Of a stretch of DNA of 64,000 nucleotides, positions 55,992-64,000 are shown piece after piece (position 1 is the first letter of the stretch; the number at the start of each line of letters is the position of its first letter). The notes below the pieces were generated by a model. It was not told where the DNA came from and did not search any database. It saw only the letters and a list, made by a program, of their open reading frames with translations. The DNA is taken from positions 11,631,144 through 11,695,143 of the forward strand of contig NC_057750.1 of assembly GCF_004010195.1 (NCBI RefSeq), read 5' to 3'. Position numbers and translations under genes: made by a program. The stretch comes from Chiloscyllium plagiosum. Lineage: Eukaryota.

Positions 55992-56745
55992 TTTGATTTG
56001 TTTTGATTTATTATTGTCATATGTACTGAAATACAGTGAAAGTATTGTTTTGCACGTTATCCTGGCAAATCCTACTTACATAAGTACATCAGGGTAATAG
56101 AATGAAATGCAGAATATAATTTTACAGGTACAGAGGAAGATCAACTCTAATGTATGAGAGTCTAGATTAGAGTGGTGCTGGAAAAGCACAGCAGGTCAGG
56201 CAGCATCCGAGGAGCAGGAAAATCGACATTTCGGGCAAAAGCCCTTCATCAGGAATAAAGCTCTATTCCTGAGGAAGGGCTTTTGTCCGAAACGTCGATT
56301 TTCCTGCTCCTCAGATGCTGCCTGACCTGCTGTGCTTTTCCAGCACCACTCTAATCTAGACTCTGGTTTCCAGCATCTGCAGTCCTTGTTTTTATTTAAT
56401 GTATGAGAGGTCTGTTTGTAAGTCTGATAACAGCAGGGAAGAAGCTGTTCTTGAATCTGTTGGTGCACGTTTTCAAACTATTGTATGTTCTGCCTGATGG
56501 AAGAGGATGGAAGACAGTTTAATCAGGATGGGAGGGGTCTTTGAATATGTTGGTTGCCCTCTCAAGGCAGCAGAATGTATGGCCAGGGTCATTGGAAGCA
56601 AGGTTGCTTTTCGTGATGGACTGGGCTGCGTTCACAACTCTCTGTAATTTCTTGCAGTCTTGGGCACAGCAGTTGCTATACCAAGCTATGATGCGCCCTA
56701 ACTTGAAGTTTTCTATGGTGCATCTATATACAAATTGCTGAATTT
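55992..56745 (-). mobile_element. Rex1/Babar-type LINE 3' fragment
   Basis: Minus ORF contains VYRCTIE...IIAWYSNCCAQDCKKLQRVVNAAQSIT...DPSHP, the Rex/Babar C-terminal signature; (AAATC)-like tail at ~55992-56010. Confidence 0.8.
56161..56396. mobile_element. Spacer-less palindromic Penelope-derived insertion with hammerhead-like cores
   Basis: 104-bp arms 56157-56260 and 56261-56364; direct repeat TAATGTATGAGAG at 56148-56160 and 56397-56409; CTGAGGA..GAAACGTC (+, 56269-56296) and CTGATGA..GAAATGTC (-, 56252-56225). Confidence 0.82.
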
Positions 56746-58869
56746 CCTTATCCTCCTGAGGAAGTAGAGACGTTGTTGTGCTTTCTCGACCTCTTTCCTC
56801 CTTTAAGATGCTCCTTAAAACCTTTCTCCTCCCTAATACCATTTTATGCAACTGTGTTAAATTTTGCTTGATAACCCTCCAATAAAGTGCCTTTAGAAAC
56901 TACTGAACATCAATGCAAGTTGTGGTCAGAGACTGGGCACATTGAGTCACATAGCCAGAATGAGTCATCATGTTATCTCCATGGTAATTATCGTTTATGA
57001 AATATGCAACATAGAAAGTAAACTGAAGCTGTGCGTTTATATCCTCCAATAACAGTGAAGGCCCATCTTCCCGAACCAACATCACATTCAGAATGAAAGT
57101 CAATGCATTTTTGCTTCTTTTCAAGGAGTGATCTGTGAGTTATTCTGACCTAATATTCAGAATGTTTGTGGCACTCATTTATGAATTGTGAATCTTGCTA
57201 CTAATTCTTGTCTTGCATTTATTCAGCAATAATTTCACACTCAGGACATCAGAAGCTGAAACTTGTCATATTTTGTAGAAAAGTGTTTTTGCTACATTTT
57301 ATGGAGGGTTTCTCACCATGAGGCCGAGCAAGTCTCCTCACGTTATTGACCCAAACTCAGCATATTAATCACCCATCATGCCTCTGTGATGGCCCTGATG
57401 CTGGTCTGATTCTCTGACTCACTGTAGCTGGAAGAATTCACCGCTGGGTGGATATCTCAAACTCCCTGGCACTGGTGTTGTCTTTAAAAGACCATCGTTC
57501 ACCCAATAAAACACCATCAGTCTGTAACGGGAGGTATGTTTTGTGGCATCTGCCCCAGACCTGATAAAAAATGCAAGTTTGATGCCACCTTTAGCATCCC
57601 AATTCATAAACTGTGGTCAGGAACCTGGAGGTTCCAGTGGACACTCTCTTCCCCCAGGTCTGGCAGAGGAAGCCACGATAGCACACGCTGCCTGCCTTGT
57701 CTGAGGGTCAGTGCGGTCCGAGCTGTCTGGAGGAATGCTCAGCAGTGCAGAAACAGCCCTGGGGTTCCTGGTTCACTCCGCGAGCCCGCTCCCCGTCCCT
57801 GTATGCAATGTGTCCTTGCAGCACCATTGCAATGAGAGACTCCAAAGTGCAGAATTAAAAACCAGAAGTGTACAGTAAATGGATTGGAGATGCGCCAGGA
57901 CGATGCACAGAGGCTGGTACATTTCTGGATGCTGGTGTGTGTACAGTTACTGTCTGTGGTGCATGCCCTGAGATCTTAGTGCCTGGTGTCCAACATAGAA
58001 GTCCAGAGGAGCACGCATTCAGCTGGAGTCACTCAGTACCTGCTCTGACCTCCATGTCAAGAATGCTTGGCATCTAGTTCTATCCAACAGGTGATAGAAT
58101 GGGAACTGAATATTAATAAGGTGAGATTCAGTAATGTTGTGGTTGATAATGAGCAATACTCCCAGTTAAATAAGCCTCTCACTGCTTTACTAGCGAGTAT
58201 TTTGGTTTGATGTCTGGAACACTGTTGCAAAATACTTGTTGTTCTTGTTGTCAAGAAAGCCCTCCCTTGACAAATCACATGATTCTCCCAAATTTTTCCC
58301 TATAGCCCATCACGTCACTCAGGGCTTGTGAAGATTCCGCCCTTTCTATACCAAGTGCAGTCGTTTTAAAATATAATCACGGTGAAAATGTAGTAAAGCA
58401 AATAAACAAAGGCAGCCATTAATAATGTACAGAGAATATCAACAACGTGTAACCAAAATCACAATATCTGCATGCTTTTAGTTATCTTGCCCATGAACAT
58501 AACCAGGGTTCTGATTTCCAATTTGCATAGCAATTAATCTTCAAATTGTTACAGATTTCATTAACAAATTTAACTTAAAAGGCACTTACCTTTATACTTC
58601 CCTTTTGCATGTTTCCATGTTCCAATCTTGTAAACCACCCAGAACATGCTGAGTCAGGTTTTAGCTGGTACTGTCTGCACTCAGTGGCAGGCCCTCAAAC
58701 ACCCACAGCAAGTGGGAAGTTCCTTTACTTGGCCTCTTCCTTGGTTTTATTTACCACCATGTTTCCCATTGCTGGCAAAACGACTGAGTGACCAAGCTCA
58801 TTCACCAACACATTGCCAACGGGCTGGGAAGATTCTGAAAACTCAGTTTATGAAATCTCTCTTCGTGAT

Positions 58870-59280
58870 TTAATCCCTGAAGTCCTGCAATGCCTAGATA
58901 TTTCTGCTGCATGTCTCCAGGCCAATATATCCTTCCTACGGTGTGATGTCCAGAACACAGTAACTTAAAGTATAATCTGACAAGCACGTTGTATATTTGA
59001 AACATAATCTCTACTCTTTGTCTCCACTTCTATATAGAACAGCCAACATTTCATTAGCTTCTTTTGTTTATTTTCTGTACATATTCATGACATTTCCCTG
59101 ATCTATGTTTCTGAACCTGTTTGTCACTTCGGATTTTCAATCTTTGTAGTCTTTCACCATTTAGAAAGTCCCCTATTTCATCCTGCTTAGTCCAAAATAA
59201 AAGATCTCAGATTTGCTGACACTGAAATCCACTGACACGGTTTTGGACACTTACTTAATCTATTATTATCTCTTTGTAAT
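58870..59280 (-). mobile_element. Highly decayed CR1 RT fragment
   Basis: IYNVLVRL...SGHHTVGR remnant. Confidence 0.55.
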
Positions 59281-59659
59281 TTTCTAAAGTGCATTCATCC
59301 AGATGCAAACCATTCTTTTTTTAAACATATTAAACCAAAAAAGAAAGCAGATTATTTCTGTGTTTTTTCTGACCTTGGTGCACAGCTTAACAGCAAAGCA
59401 AAGAATACACCCAATTGATCTTAAAAAAGATCATAATTTCATCACATAATAACCATGCGCTCTTTGAAGTCTCCAAAACAGTGCATCCAATCTGTGTGCA
59501 AAAAGATCCTGCGAAAAACAATGTGCTGGACAAACAGGCAATAATTTTCTTTAGCAGCACTATTTGAGGAATAAATGTTGTACAGAAAATCAGGAAAGTG
59601 ACCACCTTCTCCTGTCCACCACTCACTTCCTTCAGTACTGCAGGATCATTAATATCCAT

Positions 59660-59877
59660 TTGATGGTGGTTCATATGTGGAGTGAATTGCTGGAGGAAGT
59701 GGTGGAGGCAGATACAGTTACAACATTTAAAAGACATTTAGACAGGCACAAGAACAGGAAAGTTTTGGAGGGATAGGGGCCAAATGCAGGCAAGTGGGAC
59801 TCGTCTAGTTTGGGAAACTTGGTCAGCATGGACTGGTTGGACTGAAGGGCTGTTTCCATGCTACATGACTCTATGAC
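59660..59877 (+). mobile_element. HER1 3' tail fragment
   Basis: WSELLEEVVEADTVTTFKRHLD followed by an ATGACTCTATGAC tail. Confidence 0.85.
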
Positions 59878-62304
59878 AGGGGAAACAGACCTTTAACAGC
59901 TCATGGAGAGGATGGTACCTCTGTTAATGCAGCTCTCCCACAGCACCTCACTGAAGCATCAACGACAATTATATCTCTGACGTAGCTTATATCCACAACT
60001 TCCTGACACACAGGTGACAGTGCTGTTAAGCTGACACATGAAACTTTGAATGTTGGAGTTTACCAGAAATTCATGGCCATTCAATTTTTACCACAAGTTC
60101 TCAAATGGCAAAGAATCTTCCAATGAACAAGGATCTTGAAACTTTCTGTCAAATAAATCACAAGCTGCCGTTATGCTGGTGCTATCTCTAGGAAGAATCA
60201 GGTAAGTGGTGATCTATGAAATCTGGATTCCTTGTTCTGATTGCTCTAATCTGATTCGGAGATTAAGAAATCTAAGTGTGGATAGAGGAGGTGGTCCCCT
60301 GGGATCTATGTCCAGTGCAGCGACTACCTAATGACTTTTCTAATGTTACCGAAACCAATCTCTGACATTGTAGACTTTCTATGTCACAAGAGCAATGGTT
60401 TCAGCCTTCCAGTAAGCATCATTAACATCCCAAAGGGAGTGTTCCTCCTCTGAACTCAGCAGATAATTTGCTTAGAAACAGAACAAAGTCAGGCCTTCAT
60501 GAAGAAATTCTCTGCCCTTCTTTGAATGTAAACACTGGATCTTCTTTGTTCACAGAGATGACAGTCAGGACAGCAGAACAACATTTTATTTGAAACCCAA
60601 TGGTGTAACCCTCCCTCAGCGCTCTTTGAGCTAAGGCTGACACTAAGCATAAAGATGCTCTTACTAGAAATTGACAACTTTGCAGCAAATAGTTCTCTTA
60701 AAGGAATAGAAGCAGGACCACATGGGTGGGGTTGAACAGAACAGGTCACTCAGTCTGCTATCAAAGATATTGGGTCAAGGGATTAGTCTTGGTCAGAAAC
60801 TCGGGAGACCTGCTTGTTCTTTTTTCAGTAAAGTCTTTCCATATTTCTGTTAACCTAATGTTAGAGTGTTACTCTGTTGTGCTATCACAATTACACACCT
60901 GTCCATTATTTTGACAAACTCATTTGATGAAAAATACCATCCTTGACACAATTGAATTGTGGCCTATTGTGTAGGCCTCAGGAATCCCCCGTTTGTGTTC
61001 CCCCAACTGAACCGTTTTCTTTCAAAACATGTGCATTTTCTGAAGGAAAGATGGACATTTCCCATCTCATTAATTTCTTTCTGTGCATTTTGTTCTGAAA
61101 GGCTTCTCAACCTCTACTTCATAACAAAGAAGGATATCTGTTCTGTTACAATACACCAAAGAGTATAAGCAACTTAATTATTTATGGGGTTTGGCTATCA
61201 CTAATGGACATTAGTGTTTTATCAGCTACAGGTGACCTTGAAGTATCAGAGGGAGAGGTCCAAACATTTAAAGGAGAGAGCTGATTGCTAATGATTGCTT
61301 TGCTTTGAAAAACTAATCTTTTGATAGTGTCACCCATGACTTATTTGGTCGCATTCTCACTCTAAGTCATAAAGGTTGAAGGTTCACTCCTGAGACATGA
61401 GCAGAACATCTTGGTTTGCTTTGGTGCTGTCTGCCAAAACTGTGAGCTGCACATTGAGATACCCAGTCTGGAATATCTCAGGTTGGTGGGTGTCTGCACA
61501 TACACTGCCCTGAGGCTCTTAAGCAAAGCTCTTCAACTCCATATGAACTGTAACACTCCTTTATTTAAATCTGTACACAATGGGCTCTCAACTACAGCTC
61601 CAATCTGGCACCTCCCTCACCACATGCCTATGCTTGATTGGTGTCTTCCTGATGTCAGAGTCTTATGATCAGTTACATCACGATTTACATGAATCTCATT
61701 GTATCATAGATTATACAATCCAGGTGTAGTACTGAGGGAGTGTGCTGCATCATCAGAGATGCCCATCCTTTCAGAAGAGATGCTTAACCAAGGTGGATGG
61801 ACAAATAGATAAATAAATATTCTAGTGCTGGAACAATATTTATCCCTCACCCAACATCACAAAATATCAGATTATCTGCTGATTATCTTTGTTCTATGGG
61901 TTCTAGCTGTGTGTGCAATACGAGCAAGGGAGATCATAGCTTTAACACCCCCACATGAGTTTGGTAATTTCCCCTACTTGATTAGTCCTGGCTTCCAACA
62001 GCACTGGGTTGGGGCAGGTGCTTTCCAGTTCCCACTCAGTTCTGTTCACATGGCTTCTCCTTGGAGCCCAAAATCTCAGACAAACCTTTCGCAAATCAAT
62101 GCTGACCCATTCCAATGGGGTCCTCAGTGTGCGTGTCTCTACACTTCATTAACTTCTATAACATGCTTAGACTCTGAACATTTCCGGGAGATGGTTTCCA
62201 TCGACCACTTGTTAAGTTCTGAGACAAAAGGAATGCTTCTGATCCAACCACAGCAATAAATCAATAAAATATAAGTAAGGCAATTTTACCTAGTCAATAC
62301 TGGA

Positions 62305-62970
62305 TTTAGTGCAGTGGAGGCCAGGACGTTAAATCTCTCTAAGGCAGAGATTGATAAATTCTTAATCTCGCAAAGAATTAAGGGATACAGGGAAAGTGCG
62401 GGTAAGTGGCATTGAAATGCCCATCAGCCATGATTGAATGGTGGACTGGACTCGATGAGTCGAATGGCCTTACTTCCACTCTTATATGTCTTATAGACAC
62501 CTGAGCTGCCCAAGAGCAGAGTTTGCTGAAGAGAAATGGGAACTTCAAAAGCTTGGTTAAGTAAAAAATAGTCATTGTGTACTCCTCTGCCTGCCCCTCA
62601 AACCAACAGCACCATGTATCTACCTACACAACATAAGGAATAGGAGCAGGAGTAGGCCATCTGGCCTATGTCTGCCATTCAATAAGATCATGGCTGATCT
62701 TTTTGTGGACTTAGCTTTACCCGCCTGCTCACCATAACCTTAATTCCTTCACTGTTCAAAGATCTATCTGCCTTTGCCTTAAAAACAAGGAAGCCTCAAC
62801 TGCTTCACAGGGCAGGGAATTCCACAGATTTACAATCCTTTGGATGAAGAAGCTCCTCCTCAACTCAGTCCTAAATCTGTTCCCCCTAATTTTGAGGCTA
62901 TGCCCCCCTAGTTCTAGTTTCATCCATTAGTGGAAACAACCTCATATCTATTCCCTTCATAACTTTCTAT
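62305..62970. mobile_element. Two CR1 3'-end fragments (62305-62495 +; 62628-62970 -)
   Basis: Both resemble 49860-50075 (TCAGCCATGAT..TTGAATGG..ATGGCCTACTCCTGC). Confidence 0.75.
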
Positions 62971-64000
62971 GTTCTGTAGTTGTTCAAGAAGCTGGCTCAT
63001 CTTCACCCTTCCAAGGACAATTAGAAATGGGCAACCTTGTCAGTGATATCATAATCTGTGAATGATGAAAAAAGTTCTCTCTGAATATGTTGTTAATTTC
63101 CTAGCTTTGGTGCTAAGCAGAAGTGTAATGGTAAGTGTAACGCATTCATAGAGTGCATTCAACTTAATTAAACAAATAGACATAAAGAAACCAGACATGA
63201 ATCAGAAATGAAGAGTCAAAAAGGTTTGATTGAAAGCCATGGTTGAAGGGGTGATCTCTGGAAGATGTTTAGATCTTGATACTGCAAAACAGGTCAAGAA
63301 AATTGCAGGCTTGGCCTTCTAATAATGAGATGAAGGGACAGGGTCCAGAGTCAGAAGAACAGAGAATTAAAGTAGTATGTATATAATGCAAGGTGTGGGT
63401 GGACGAGAATGAGATATTAAGTCTGGCTTGAGGAATCACTATGCACAAGAACAGAAGTAATAGGAGTTAGAGTCAACTATATAGACCATCAAATCTGATC
63501 TGCCTTACAATACAAATGAGGGTTAGCTAAATGATAATTGATAGAGGAGAATTTTATAGACAAATTAAAGTTTATGGAAGGTGGATGCTGAAAGGTTGTC
63601 CAGTCAAACTTTGGAATAGTTGATTCTAGAGTTGGCAAGGTTAACGGGTTCCAATAATGGAAGAGGCAAGCGGTGGGTAGAGGTGAACAATATAAAACTA
63701 AACAATCTTGATTTTGCATAAGATGTGGGCTTCAAGGTTCATCCAAGGGTCAAAACATTAAAATAATATTGCAAGTAATCTCTGCAGAGGAGAAGTTAGA
63801 GTCAACAACAATAAAGCTGAGTTCATCCTGATGGCCAATTACTTAAGTCTAACCAGCGTTGAACTGGAAGAAGTTATGACTCATCTAAGAAGATGTTGGA
63901 CAAGAAATCTGCTAACACAGAGGCAACTGAGAGGCATGGAGGGGGGAATGGAAAGGCAGGGCTGGGATCCATTAACAGACATGTGAAAATGTTGACATCA

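Noticed and set aside
56157..56364. Palindromes as pre-miRNA, DNA-transposon MITE or CRISPR-like repeat
   Set aside because: One end is asymmetric, the TSDs are long and variable (12-18 bp), the sequence resembles PLE remnants, and there is no repeat-spacer array; retro-insertion fits better.

Overview
Repeat-rich vertebrate genomic DNA, very likely from a cartilaginous fish (shark), because it holds many HE1-type V-SINEs and HER1/CR1 LINEs. The only well-supported protein-coding gene is an intact ARF6-family small GTPase with an uninterrupted CDS (21451-21978, +). It has a CpG-rich promoter/5' region, a repeat-poor probable long 3' UTR and an unusual N-terminal helix (MGGAFAK rather than MGKVLSK). 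The rest is largely nested, decayed retroelements (CR1/HER1, a second CR1-type family, RTE, Rex/Babar, Penelope-derived pieces, three SINE types) plus a 420-N assembly gap. The most notable signals are: (1) a CR1/HER1 retrocopy at ~50.3-50.65 kb with dense one-directional A>G changes, suggesting an ADAR-hyperedited RNA written back into the genome; (2) short palindromic Penelope-derived insertions with target-site duplications carrying minimal hammerhead-ribozyme-like cores (18.9-19.1 kb, 56.16-56.40 kb); (3) the divergent ARF6 N-terminus; (4) a 156-bp locally templated duplication. Repeat family names come from recognised motifs, not database searches, and most repeat boundaries are approximate.
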